Part shown: one piece after another, positions 28,673-38,343 of the stretch
Numbering within the stretch: the first letter of the stretch is position 1
Layout of the letters: the number at the start of each line of letters is the position of its first letter
NCBI GenBank assembly: GCA_963794325.1
Contig: CAWCDG010000003.1
Span: 1 to 64,000 of the forward strand
Reading direction: 5' to 3'
DNA length: 64,000 bases
From: an uncultured delta proteobacterium
GTDB taxonomy: Bacteria; Desulfobacterota; Binatia; Binatales; Binataceae
The notes under the pieces: model-generated
Database searches by the model: none
What the model was told of the DNA's origin: nothing
What the model saw: only the letters and a program-made list of their open reading frames with translations
Program-made: the position numbers and the translations under genes

Positions 28673-29617
28673 TCATTCGGGACCGCTTTCGTGTCGCGCC
28701 CGCATCAAGTGGCGTAACTTATCCGGATTGCGCACGATGTACAGCGCTCGAATGACGTCATCTTCAATCTCGAACGCCGCAGTTTGCACCGGACCCTCGG
28801 GTGCGTCCACGATGATACCGGGCAGGCCGTTGACGTTTGCAAAGCGTGTGCTGAACTCTTGGCGCCACCACGCACCTGGACGTTTGCGCGAGACTTCAAT
28901 CAGGAACCGCGCCGCGCGATCGGCACCTTCGATCACGTCCAGAGCCGCCCGCACTCTGCCGCCGCCGTCTGTCACGATGCGCACGTCGCTCGCCAGCAAC
29001 TGCGTGAGCGCATTGAGATCGCCTGACTGGGTTGCCGCCGCGAATGCGGACAGGAGTTGTGCATGCTTCGCATAGATCTCGCCCGGACGCGGCGTCGGCG
29101 TAGCGGCGCCGCGTGGTCGTAACGCGCGCACGTGAGCGCGTGCGCGGGTGGCCAGCTTCCGGCATGCGGTCTCGCTCCGATCCAATGTCGTGGCAACTTC
29201 GCTGAAAGAGAAATCGAACACGTCGTGCAGCAGGAAGGCGGCACGCTCGAGCGGTGACATTTGGTCGAGGATCAAGAGCAGCGCTATCGATAGGTCTTCA
29301 GCCAATTCCGTGCGGCTGTCGGGCGCGAGCGCTGGCGTGTCCAGAACCGGCTCCGGCAGCCACGGGCCGACGTACTCCTCGCGCCGGGCGCGAGCCGACG
29401 TCAGCATGTCCAGACAAATCCGTGTCGTCGTAGTCATGAGAAACGCCCTCGGGTCCAACACTCTGAGGCGGTCGGAGGCATGCCAGCGCAAGTACGTTTC
29501 CTGTACTGCGTCCTCGGCGTCAGCCATCGATCCGAGCATGCGATACGCAAGACCGAGCAAGCGCCGGCGATACGGCTGGAAGCTTTCGGCGGGACTCGAC
29601 AAGCTCGTGGAACTCAC
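28673..29617 (-). CDS. sigJ: ECF41 (SigJ-like) sigma factor with a SnoaL-like C-terminal extension
   Basis: AYRMLGS..DAEDAVQE, YVGPWLPEP, DGGGRV, RNPDKL. Confidence 0.9.
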   Translation of the reverse strand: MSSTSLSSPAESFQPYRRRLLGLAYRMLGSMADAEDAVQETYLRWHASDRLRVLDPRAFLMTTTTRICLDMLTSARARREEYVGPWLPEPVLDTPALAPDSRTELAEDLSIALLLILDQMSPLERAAFLLHDVFDFSFSEVATTLDRSETACRKLATRARAHVRALRPRGAATPTPRPGEIYAKHAQLLSAFAAATQSGDLNALTQLLASDVRIVTDGGGRVRAALDVIEGADRAARFLIEVSRKRPGAWWRQEFSTRFANVNGLPGIIVDAPEGPVQTAAFEIEDDVIRALYIVRNPDKLRHLMRARHESGPE

Positions 29618-30063
29618 GTCATTCGCTCGGGCTCTGCGGCAGTGCGGCGGCGGCGGGCCAGAGCCAGCCCGCCGAGGGCCAGGGCAATTATCCCCAACAC
29701 GAACGCCGCTGCGCCACCGACTACTCCATTGCCGGTGCCAGGACCACCTTTGGCGACGGCCAAATTCAGCCAGCCATTACTCACGGCGATTAGACCCGCC
29801 ACCAGGACCACAATGGCTCCGAGTCGCCCGGAGTCCGTACCGAAGCGACCGGCGGGACGAGCCAGAGCCAGCCCACCGATGGCCACGCCGACCAGTGCTA
29901 CCATGGCGACCGTGGTGGCCCAGAGTCTCCGCGCGGTAATGCCGTAAACTGTGACGGAGGCTGGCTCGGAAACGTGTGCGGCGACCAGCACACCATACAC
30001 AAGCCCCCCGAACAGGGCGGTTACAACCAGGGCGGCGAGTGCAATGGCGAAGTTTCGTTTCAT
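29614..30063 (-). CDS. DUF6223-like Gly-rich membrane protein
   Basis: Four hydrophobic segments; GGPGTGNGVVG; overlaps the sigma gene start. Confidence 0.75.
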   Translation of the reverse strand: MKRNFAIALAALVVTALFGGLVYGVLVAAHVSEPASVTVYGITARRLWATTVAMVALVGVAIGGLALARPAGRFGTDSGRLGAIVVLVAGLIAVSNGWLNLAVAKGGPGTGNGVVGGAAAFVLGIIALALGGLALARRRRTAAEPERMT

Positions 30064-30094
30064 AGATTTTCGAACCTCTAGCCTCCAATGGTTA

Positions 30095-30121
30095 GACGGG
30101 GTAGCCCTTCGAAATGTGACA
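30095..30121 (-). promoter_or_regulatory. ECF41 target promoter TGTCACA-N16-CGTC
   Basis: TGTCACA-tttcgaagggctaccc-CGTC on the - strand; matches the known ECF41 consensus. Confidence 0.85.
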
Positions 30122-30402
30122 TAGGTTGGCGGCGAAAACCTTATTCATTTTCTCGACGATCCGCCAAGATTCTTGCCATTCCTCTCTGTTTCGACTTTTC
30201 GGAGGGGACTTTGCGAACGTCTTAGAACTTACGAATCGGAAAGGGAAGAACGGCTCTTGGCGAAAGTCCCCTTCCGGCTCGAATGACTGCGCTCCGAGAG
30301 CAAAGTCCTCTCAGAGTCAGTCGCTCGGAGCGGTTGCGTTCCGGGACAGACTCTCGCTATGCGTCAAAGCCGAGTACGACGTCCAAAAAGCACGGTGTCG
30401 GC

Positions 30403-31221
30403 ATGAATTCCGAAGCATCGAACATCGAATATGAGCTTGATGATTCAATCGCTACTGTGCGGCTGAATCGGCCCGAGAAGCTCAACGCTTTCACGTTCGC
30501 GATGATCGATCAGATTCGCGATGCGGTGGAGCGCGCTGCCGCGGACGAAGGCGTGGTCGGAATCATTGTCACGGGAACCGGTCGCGCCTTTTCCGCCGGG
30601 CTCGATACAGAAGATCTCGCGCGCTCCACCAAGGGCGGCGCGCCGCCGAGCGCTCCCGATACTGCCCCGGATGAACTGCCGGCGCTGTTCAGCTATTTGC
30701 TGCGCGTGCCGAAGCCGGTGATTGCGGCAGTCAACGGCGTCACGGCAGGCGGCGGCTTCGTCCTCGCTATGATGTGTGATCTGCGGTTCGCAGCGTCCGA
30801 CGCGAGCTTCACGACCGTATTTTCGAAGCGCGGGTTGATTGCCGAGCATGGCACGGCGTGGCTGTTGCCGCGGATTGTGGGCACCAGTCGCGCACTCGAT
30901 CTGCTGTGGAGCTCGCGGCGCTTCGATGCCGCCGAGGGGTATCGAATCGGGTTTGTCGATCGCCTGGTGCCGCACGAAACTCTGCTCGACGAGACCAAGG
31001 CTTATCTGCGCGAACTCGCAGCGAACGTCTCGCCGAACTCGCTCGCCGTTATCAAATCCGAGGTGTATCGCCACTGGTCGCTCGCAATGGAAAGCGCGTT
31101 TCGCGACGCCGATGGCCTTATGAAAGTAGCGCTCATGCATCCCGACGCGACCGAGGGCGTCAAGTCATTCGTCGAGCGCCGCGCGCCACGATTCAAGCGA
31201 ATTAGAGGAGAAAAACCGTGA
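30403..31221 (+). CDS. Enoyl-CoA hydratase/isomerase family
   Basis: LNRPEKLNA, FSAGLD, AAVNGVTAGGG. Confidence 0.92.
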   Translation: MNSEASNIEYELDDSIATVRLNRPEKLNAFTFAMIDQIRDAVERAAADEGVVGIIVTGTGRAFSAGLDTEDLARSTKGGAPPSAPDTAPDELPALFSYLLRVPKPVIAAVNGVTAGGGFVLAMMCDLRFAASDASFTTVFSKRGLIAEHGTAWLLPRIVGTSRALDLLWSSRRFDAAEGYRIGFVDRLVPHETLLDETKAYLRELAANVSPNSLAVIKSEVYRHWSLAMESAFRDADGLMKVALMHPDATEGVKSFVERRAPRFKRIRGEKP

Positions 31222-31997
31222 GCAGCACTCGCCGCGATATCATCTATGAGAAGTCGGGCCCGGTCGCGCGGCTCACGATGAATCGTCCCGACCGGCTCAA
31301 CGGAATGACCAATCGGATGCTGGTCGAGACGCGCGATGCCCTCGCGGCCGCCGCCGAGGATCGCGAACTCAGAGTCCTGGTCCTGACCGGCGCGGGCAAG
31401 GGCTTCTGCCCCGGTGCCGACATCAGCCGGGTCGCGTCCGCGGCGCCGGACGATCCTCTCACTGCGGACGATTTTCGCGTACCGATTCTGCTGCACAACA
31501 TGCCGGCCGTAACGATCGCGGCGGTCAACGGTGCCTGCGCGGGGGCGGGTCTGGGATGGTCGCTTGCGTGCGACTTCAGATTTGCGGCGGAGTCGGCGCG
31601 CTTCAACGTCGCGTTTCTGGATGTTGGCGTTGCGGGCGATATGGGCGGGCCGTGGAGCCTCTCGCGAATCGTCGGTTCGGCGCGTGCCCGCGAACTCTAT
31701 TTCCTGCCCGGCAAGTTCGACGCGGCCGAGGCGCTGAGGATTGGATTGGTCACGCGTGTTTTCCCCGATGTTCGATTTCGCGATGAGGTCGATGCGATCG
31801 TGAACCGGCTTATCGATTGTGCGCCGATCGCACTGCGCACACTGAAGGCGAACTTTGTCGACTCGGAACGGATGGACTTTGCGGGGTATGTTGCGCTCGA
31901 AACCGAACGCCACTTCAGAATGTTCGAGACCGAGGACACTCGGGAAGCATTTGCGGCCAAAGCCCAAAAGCGCAAGCCCCAATTCAAAGGCCGGTGA
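31218..31997 (+). CDS. Enoyl-CoA hydratase/isomerase family
   Basis: MNRPDRLNG, FCPGAD, AAVNGACAGAG. Confidence 0.92.
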   Translation: MSSTRRDIIYEKSGPVARLTMNRPDRLNGMTNRMLVETRDALAAAAEDRELRVLVLTGAGKGFCPGADISRVASAAPDDPLTADDFRVPILLHNMPAVTIAAVNGACAGAGLGWSLACDFRFAAESARFNVAFLDVGVAGDMGGPWSLSRIVGSARARELYFLPGKFDAAEALRIGLVTRVFPDVRFRDEVDAIVNRLIDCAPIALRTLKANFVDSERMDFAGYVALETERHFRMFETEDTREAFAAKAQKRKPQFKGR

Positions 31998-32064
31998 CAG
32001 GATACCAATCTTCGGCGCGCTCCATCATCAATACGTCCTGGTTTAGGTGTTGACCAGGGACAAT

Positions 32065-33555
32065 ATGCGCCGCTTCAGCATTGCTCTTGCTCTTTCCACG
32101 TTATTGCTCCTGTCGGTCACTTCAGTCCGACAATCGGCCACCGCATCCGTTCCCATGGTGCCGCGCTTCGAGCCGGCGGCCTGCCCGGCACTGCCAGTAA
32201 AGGCTTTGGCCAACGCCAGCTGTGGCTACCTCGTAGTCCCGGAGGATCGGAGCCAGCCGCGCGGCCGCACAATCCGACTCATCGTCGCGATCATCCCCGC
32301 CCGCTCGGCGAGGCCGGAGCCCGACCCAGTCATCTACCTCGCGGGCGGCCCAGGCGGGATCGCTATCAATGAGGCGGACTTGGCCGTCGCCACCGGCCTC
32401 AACCACGACCGGAATCTTATCCTCATGGATCAGCGAGGTACTTTGTACTCCGAGCCGGCGCTGACCTGCCCGGAGGTTGACCAGTTCTTCGTGCGCAGCC
32501 TCGGTCTCGCCTTGGATGCTCCTTCGACCGGACGCCTCCATGCGGCGGCGGCGCGAGCCTGCTACCTTCGCTGGGCCGCGACCGGACGGAACCTCAGCGA
32601 ATATAACACGACCGAGAACGCGGCAGATTTCGCCGACTTACGCACGGTGCTCGGAATCACCGAGTGGAACGTGTTCGGGGCTTCTTACGGCACCAATCTG
32701 GCGCTCACGCTGATACGCGAGCATCCAGAGGGCATCCGCAGCGCTATCCTCGACTCAGTGCAACCGCCGTCGGTCGTAAACGTGGGAAGGTACTGGGGCA
32801 ACGCTCGCGAGGGATTCGACAACCTCTTCAGCGCGTGCGAGCAAAAGCGTGGCTGTTGGAGCCGTCCAACTGGCCTCAGCGAGACCTTCGCCCGCTTGGT
32901 GCGTGAGCTCGAATCCCATCCGATCACCACTAGCGTGATGCCGGAAAAGGGCAAGCCACCGGTGAAGGTGGTGATCGACGGTGGGAAGCTGGTGAACTGG
33001 CTCGTCGACATGTCCTTCGCGACAGCAGACTACACGCATGTGCCGGACTGGATCGGTGATCTCGCCAAGGGAAATCCGGAGAAAATCGCTTTGTCGATCG
33101 CAAAGCCCGTGTTGACCACTCCCGAAGGCTACATCGGCTACGGCCTGACATACGGCGTCATCTGCGGCGAGTGGGTGCCCTACGAGAGCGAATCCGACGT
33201 GCTGTTGCAGGGGCGGCGCGCTTTCCCAAGCTATCCGGACAGCGTGCTGGCGCCCGCCGTGCACTTCACCTATGTGTACAATGACTGCCGCGGCTGGAAG
33301 GTACACAAGGCCCCCCTGGCGCAACGCTCGGCTACGCGCAGCACCGTTCCAGCCCTCATCCTATCGGGCAGCTTTGACGCCATCACACCGCCAAGCTGGG
33401 GACAAATCGCGGCCCAAACGCTTCCCAACTCAACGGTCCTGGTCATCCCAGCGGTCGGACATTTCGCAGCCCCCGAGTCTCCACGCGCACAGTGCGAGAT
33501 CACATCGTTCCTCACCGATCCGAAAACAACTCGGCGACGAACTCATTGTCAGTGA
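32065..33555 (+). CDS. Secreted alpha/beta hydrolase (TAP-like peptidase family)
   Basis: Signal peptide; GGPGG, DQRG, GASYG, D.ITP, GH. Confidence 0.88.
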   Translation: MRRFSIALALSTLLLLSVTSVRQSATASVPMVPRFEPAACPALPVKALANASCGYLVVPEDRSQPRGRTIRLIVAIIPARSARPEPDPVIYLAGGPGGIAINEADLAVATGLNHDRNLILMDQRGTLYSEPALTCPEVDQFFVRSLGLALDAPSTGRLHAAAARACYLRWAATGRNLSEYNTTENAADFADLRTVLGITEWNVFGASYGTNLALTLIREHPEGIRSAILDSVQPPSVVNVGRYWGNAREGFDNLFSACEQKRGCWSRPTGLSETFARLVRELESHPITTSVMPEKGKPPVKVVIDGGKLVNWLVDMSFATADYTHVPDWIGDLAKGNPEKIALSIAKPVLTTPEGYIGYGLTYGVICGEWVPYESESDVLLQGRRAFPSYPDSVLAPAVHFTYVYNDCRGWKVHKAPLAQRSATRSTVPALILSGSFDAITPPSWGQIAAQTLPNSTVLVIPAVGHFAAPESPRAQCEITSFLTDPKTTRRRTHCQ

Positions 33556-33609
33556 TGACCCAAACTCAAGCCCAGCGGTGCACGCGAGAGATATTGAGAG
33601 GACAAAGTG

Positions 33610-35253
33610 TCAGCTTAAAAAAATACGGCCTAGATAGTCATGAAAGGCGCTTGCCGTTGCGGGCTCGCTGCGATAGCCCACGTAACCGTCGGGACGGATG
33701 AGGTACATGCATTCGGTTTCGGCGCCATAGCGGTAATGGAGCGAACGTTCGGGATCGAGGATGAGGCGTCCATGGAACTTCTCGTTCGAAGGAACGCTGC
33801 CTGCTTCGATGGCCACGAAGTAGATGTTAATCAGGTCGTGCAGACCGCCCTCGACCGACTGAGCCAATTCGGCCAGCCGGCCCCACGACTTAGCCTCATG
33901 GTCGGCGCCGGGGCACAGGAGCAAGGTGTGCTTTGGCCCGCGCATCAACTCGAACAGAGTCGTCGGGCGATTGTCGTATAGCAGCGGCTTGGCGTCGGGC
34001 GCCTCCTCACCCGGTCGGGGGCCGGCCGTGAAGCGCGTCTTTCCAAAGTGGCTGCCTTCGTGCTGATGGCATATCGGACTCTTCGTGTAATTCAGGTCCA
34101 ACTGCTCAATGTGTCGCGCCATGCGCTTGGCTACTTCCGGTGGCACGACCATATTGACGTACATCTGCTGGCGCTGTTCGGGTGAAAGATTGATGAACCC
34201 TTCGAAGCGGTCGGTCAGCACCTTGGTGGTGGCGAGTACGTCTTCGGCAACTGGCCGCCGCTCCTTCTCGTAGCTGTCGAGCAGGTCGGCCGACGCGCGG
34301 CCACGATGGACCAGCGCCAGCTTCCAGGCCAGGTTGTACGCGTCCTGGATGCCGGTATTCATGCCTTGCCCGCCCATCGGGCTGTGGATATGCACGGCGT
34401 CGCCGGCCAGAAAGATGCGTTCGTGGCGATAGTGGCGCGCGGCTCTGTAGTTGATGCGGAAGTAGGCCAGCCAGCGTGGGTCGCGGACACGGATGCCGGC
34501 CGGTCCCCGCTCGGATGCGATTGCCTGCACATCTTCCAGGCTGGGCTGCTCTTTGACCGCGTCGTGCTGCGTTGGCAGGTCAGCAGCCACTAACCACCGC
34601 GCGTTCGGCAGTGGGAAGAAGAAGAGCAGTCCACGGTCGGTCATGAAGGAGTGTATTTCGTCGGGCGCAAGTGCGCCTTCGATCAGCACATCGGCAAGGC
34701 AATACTGATGGAGGTCTTCCTTGCCTGGAAAGTGAATGTGGTTCAGATGGCGTACCCGGCTGTGGGCCCCGTCGCACCCGATGAGCCATGGAGTCTCGAC
34801 CACTTCTTCAGAGCCGGTGCCGCGGCGGATTGTTGCGAAGACCGCGTCGGGCCGCCCGGAAATCGCCACGAGCTCGGTGTCACGGTCGACTTGGATGCGG
34901 TACGTCCCGAGCAGGCGCTCCAACGCTGATTCCGTTTTGCATTGCTCGAGGTTCACGCTGAAGGGATATGGACCGTCGATCTCGCCGCCGCTGGAGTGCA
35001 TGAAGCGCTCGCCGTTGGCGTACTGGCTCATGCCGAGCACTTTGTGACCCTGGGCAAGAATCTCCTCGACGATGCCTAAGTCGTGAAAAATCTCCAGCGT
35101 CCGTGCGTGCACGGAGCACGCGCGGCAATGCGGATTGATTCCGGACTGCCTGTCGATAATGCGGACCGGTGCGCCATGACGAGCCAGTTCACATGCCATT
35201 GCGAGCCCGGTTGTGCCGGCCCCGACGATCAAGATGGGTGAGTTGTTAGCCAT
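33610..35253 (-). CDS. FAD-dependent monooxygenase (PheA/TfdB-like)
   Basis: GAGTTG, GCDGAHS, GDAVHIHSPMGGQGMN, IRPDGY. Confidence 0.92.
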   Translation of the reverse strand: MANNSPILIVGAGTTGLAMACELARHGAPVRIIDRQSGINPHCRACSVHARTLEIFHDLGIVEEILAQGHKVLGMSQYANGERFMHSSGGEIDGPYPFSVNLEQCKTESALERLLGTYRIQVDRDTELVAISGRPDAVFATIRRGTGSEEVVETPWLIGCDGAHSRVRHLNHIHFPGKEDLHQYCLADVLIEGALAPDEIHSFMTDRGLLFFFPLPNARWLVAADLPTQHDAVKEQPSLEDVQAIASERGPAGIRVRDPRWLAYFRINYRAARHYRHERIFLAGDAVHIHSPMGGQGMNTGIQDAYNLAWKLALVHRGRASADLLDSYEKERRPVAEDVLATTKVLTDRFEGFINLSPEQRQQMYVNMVVPPEVAKRMARHIEQLDLNYTKSPICHQHEGSHFGKTRFTAGPRPGEEAPDAKPLLYDNRPTTLFELMRGPKHTLLLCPGADHEAKSWGRLAELAQSVEGGLHDLINIYFVAIEAGSVPSNEKFHGRLILDPERSLHYRYGAETECMYLIRPDGYVGYRSEPATASAFHDYLGRIFLS

Positions 35254-35445
35254 GCGCGCCGGTTTCCCGAAAGTAATCCTGGAGAAGTAGATTATGCTTG
35301 TGCATGGACACGCTCTACAATCTGGAACATGACAAGTACGCGTCCCTCGACGCTGGTTTGGAAATCAGGTTTCTTGATGAAGTTCCCGTTGAAGACTCGA
35401 TTGCGAGAAACGCCCGACTCTCTTCACTAGACCACGGAGCGCAAG

Positions 35446-36273
35446 ATGCCAAAACCGATTCGAGTCCATCTTATCACCGGAGGATTTCCACCTGGTTCGT
35501 TCGCCGGCCATGACATGGATTACGCGCGGCTGCGTCTGCTCGGCCTGCTGCAGGAGAATTCGCAAGTGCTCACGACGAGCGCGAACGATTTTACGGATGT
35601 CGCGAAGTGGCTGCCCGGGAGCCAATTTCTAATCACCTATGTCGCCGGCCCGTTTCCGGATGACGCTCAGGATGAGATTATTCGCAACTTCCTCAAGTCG
35701 GGCGGGCGATGGCTTGCGCTGCACGGGACCAGCGGCGGAAAAGCGGCGCCGGTCGGCGACCAGCGCTACATCAGGAAAATGGTCAAAGGCCGCTATCACG
35801 ACACGCTCGGCTGTTTTTTCCTGAATCATCCGCCGCTGCGCAAGTTCCGCGTCGAGGTTGCGGATCGCGGGCACTTCATCACCAGGGGACTGCCGGCGTC
35901 CTTCGAGGTGATGGACGAGCTGTATCTAATCGAGCTTCAAGACCCGTCGGCATGCCAGACGCTGCTCACGACCGAACTCGCTACCGATCCCTCGCCCAGA
36001 GGATTCGGTTTCGTTTACGACCGAGACAGCTCGGTCATGCCCGATGGCAAGACGCGCGTACTCGGCTACACCCGCGAGGTCGGCGCCGGCGCGGTCACCT
36101 ATGTCGCGCTGGGCCACTGCCATTCGCCGATTAGTAACGTCCAGCCGTTTGTCGATTCGAGCGTCGAGCCTTCCGGCAAAACTCCCCAGGTGTTCCGCGG
36201 TTCATGGGAGACCGCGGAGTTCGAGATGCTGCTGCGCAACGCGATCGGCTGGGGGACCGGTGCGCGGCCGTAG
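35446..36273 (+). CDS. ThuA-like domain protein
   Basis: GGRWLALHG, HPP, DELY, YVALGH. Confidence 0.8.
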   Translation: MPKPIRVHLITGGFPPGSFAGHDMDYARLRLLGLLQENSQVLTTSANDFTDVAKWLPGSQFLITYVAGPFPDDAQDEIIRNFLKSGGRWLALHGTSGGKAAPVGDQRYIRKMVKGRYHDTLGCFFLNHPPLRKFRVEVADRGHFITRGLPASFEVMDELYLIELQDPSACQTLLTTELATDPSPRGFGFVYDRDSSVMPDGKTRVLGYTREVGAGAVTYVALGHCHSPISNVQPFVDSSVEPSGKTPQVFRGSWETAEFEMLLRNAIGWGTGARP

Positions 36274-36408
36274 AGCGCTGCCACGTCGAGCGGCGCGTGT
36301 AGCCTCGATCGTTGGCCGCTCAAGCGAGTGATTCAGGCGAGCTATATGCTCAGCGACATGACGCCAGGATTCGGCAAGGTGATCGATCACCTCGAATAGT
36401 CCGGCGCG

Positions 36409-36684
36409 CTAAATCATAAATCCGCCGTCAACGCTGATGACCTGTCCGGTCACCGCGCTGGCGGCGTCGGTTACTCGCTGGAGTCTCGCGAAGCTGGCGG
36501 GCAGCGGCCGCGGCCTCCGTTCGAGGAGCAATACTTCCTCGGCAAGTACGGAAATCCGTTCCCGCGCGATCCTAAAGTCGTCGAGGAACTGAAGAAATCC
36601 AGGATGCTGCAAACGCCGGCGCCGATTCCAGGGCGCAAGGAGGAACTCCGTCGCCTCGCCAGACAGCTGAATCTGCCGGAATGA
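36409..36684. pseudogene. Back-to-back 3' gene remnants (SDR tail on -, unknown gene tail on +)
   Basis: Minus strand DAASAVTGQVISVDGGFMI* (36409-~36468); plus strand YSLESREAGG...YFLGKYGNPFPRDP...NLPE* (36472-36684) with no start. Confidence 0.55.
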
Positions 36685-36691
36685 TCGCGGG

Positions 36692-37510
36692 TTACGAGCG
36701 ATCGTTGAAGATGCGCGCGTAGGTCTTTTGTGTTGCCGCCGCCTGCTCCTGCGCTTTTCTGCGCTCTTCCGGAGTAGCCATCTCAGCAATCAGTTTGCGC
36801 TCGAGAGCGAGAGCGTCCTTCAGCGGCAATTCGACCCCGCGATTGACTAACTGCTTTGCGGCTTTGAGCGCATACGCAGCCCGCTCGACATACACCCGCG
36901 CCATCTTCTCGCACTCGTTGAGCAACTCCGCTGACGAAGCGATGCGATTAACCAGCCCTACTCGAAACGCTTCTTCCGCGGTCCATGGCAGTCCGCTGAA
37001 AATCATCTCTTTAGCAACGCCGGCGCCGACCAGGCGTGGAAGCCGTTGCGTTCCACCGCCGGCAGGCAGAGCGCCAAACCGGATTTCCGGAAGCCCAATC
37101 GTCGCAGTGTCTGAAATGACCCTGACATCGCATGCCAGCGCGATTTCGCACCCGCCACCCATCGCTGCGCCGTTGATCGCGGCGATCACCGGCACGCGGG
37201 ATTCTTCGAGCGCACTGAACAGATCGCGCTGCGGAGTTACAAAGTCTCCACTGCCCCGACGCTCCGTGCCGCCAGCCGCTCGCTCGCGAGCGCGCTCAGC
37301 AAAGTCGCGCAGATCGGCCCCGCCGCAGAAGTGTTTGCCGGCGCCGGTGACAATGACGACACGGTACTCGGAGTCCGCTTCCGCCTCCTCCATCGCAGCT
37401 ACCACTTCTTTCATGAGTTGGAAGCTGATCGTGTTCGCGCGATCGGGACGATTCAGCGTCAGGTAGCCGATTCCTTCCTTGCGCTCGAAGATTATCGTTT
37501 CGTATTTCAT
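36692..37510 (-). CDS. Enoyl-CoA hydratase/isomerase family
   Basis: FCGGAD, GGGCE, LPE, GGGTQRLPR. Confidence 0.93.
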   Translation of the reverse strand: MKYETIIFERKEGIGYLTLNRPDRANTISFQLMKEVVAAMEEAEADSEYRVVIVTGAGKHFCGGADLRDFAERARERAAGGTERRGSGDFVTPQRDLFSALEESRVPVIAAINGAAMGGGCEIALACDVRVISDTATIGLPEIRFGALPAGGGTQRLPRLVGAGVAKEMIFSGLPWTAEEAFRVGLVNRIASSAELLNECEKMARVYVERAAYALKAAKQLVNRGVELPLKDALALERKLIAEMATPEERRKAQEQAAATQKTYARIFNDRS

Positions 37511-37525
37511 GCTGCTCTCCCTCGA

Positions 37526-38317
37526 CTACATCGCGAACGAATAACCGCCGTTGACTGGAATTGTTTGTCCCGTGATCCAGCTCGACGCATCGGAACTCAG
37601 AAAAAGGATCATATTGGCCGCATCCTCCGGCTCGCCCACGCGCTTGATCTGGTAGGCCTTCAGCATTCGCTTGACCGCTTCGGGATCGGACGTGGCGCGC
37701 TCGATAGCCGGCGTGCGCGTTGCGCCAAGGGCGACACAGTTAGCAGTGATTCCCGCACGGCCGAGGTCCTTGGCGACGGCTCGCATGAAACCCGCGGCAC
37801 CCGCCTTGGCTCCCGAGTAGATCTCAAGATTAGGCTCGCCCACGCGGCCCGCATCGGAGATCACGGTCACGATTTTGCCGTACTTGTTCGCGATCATCGC
37901 GGGTCCCGCCACTCGCACGCAGTTCAACACACCGAAAAGGTTGGTGCCGAGGAACGGCTCCCAGTCTTTAGGCTCCTGCTCCCAGAAAGGTTTGCGTGCG
38001 ACGGCCCTCGGATCGGCGCCGGCGTTGCCCGCATTGTTCACCACAATATCGACTTTGCCGAAGGCAGTTCGCGCTTTTTCAAACATCGCGGTGACCGACG
38101 CAAAACTGGTGACGTCGCACTGCGCCGCCAGAGCTTTGACGCCGAGCTTTTCAACTTCGGCGGCGACAGTTTCCGCACGCTCGAGACGGAAATCGTTGAC
38201 CACTACGCCGCCCGCGTTGTTCTCGGCGAAGCGAAGCGCGACCGCGCGGCCTACGCCTTGTCCTGAGCCGGTAACCAGGCCGACGCGTCCCTTGAGATCG
38301 AGGATGTTAACGCCCAA
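37526..38317 (-). CDS. SDR-family oxidoreductase (3-hydroxyacyl-CoA dehydrogenase-like)
   Basis: TGSGQGVG, NNAG, SDAGRVG, YSGAK. Confidence 0.9.
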   Translation of the reverse strand: MGVNILDLKGRVGLVTGSGQGVGRAVALRFAENNAGGVVVNDFRLERAETVAAEVEKLGVKALAAQCDVTSFASVTAMFEKARTAFGKVDIVVNNAGNAGADPRAVARKPFWEQEPKDWEPFLGTNLFGVLNCVRVAGPAMIANKYGKIVTVISDAGRVGEPNLEIYSGAKAGAAGFMRAVAKDLGRAGITANCVALGATRTPAIERATSDPEAVKRMLKAYQIKRVGEPEDAANMILFLSSDASSWITGQTIPVNGGYSFAM

Positions 38318-38343
38318 GTTTTCTCCTCCCGGTAATCTGCGTT

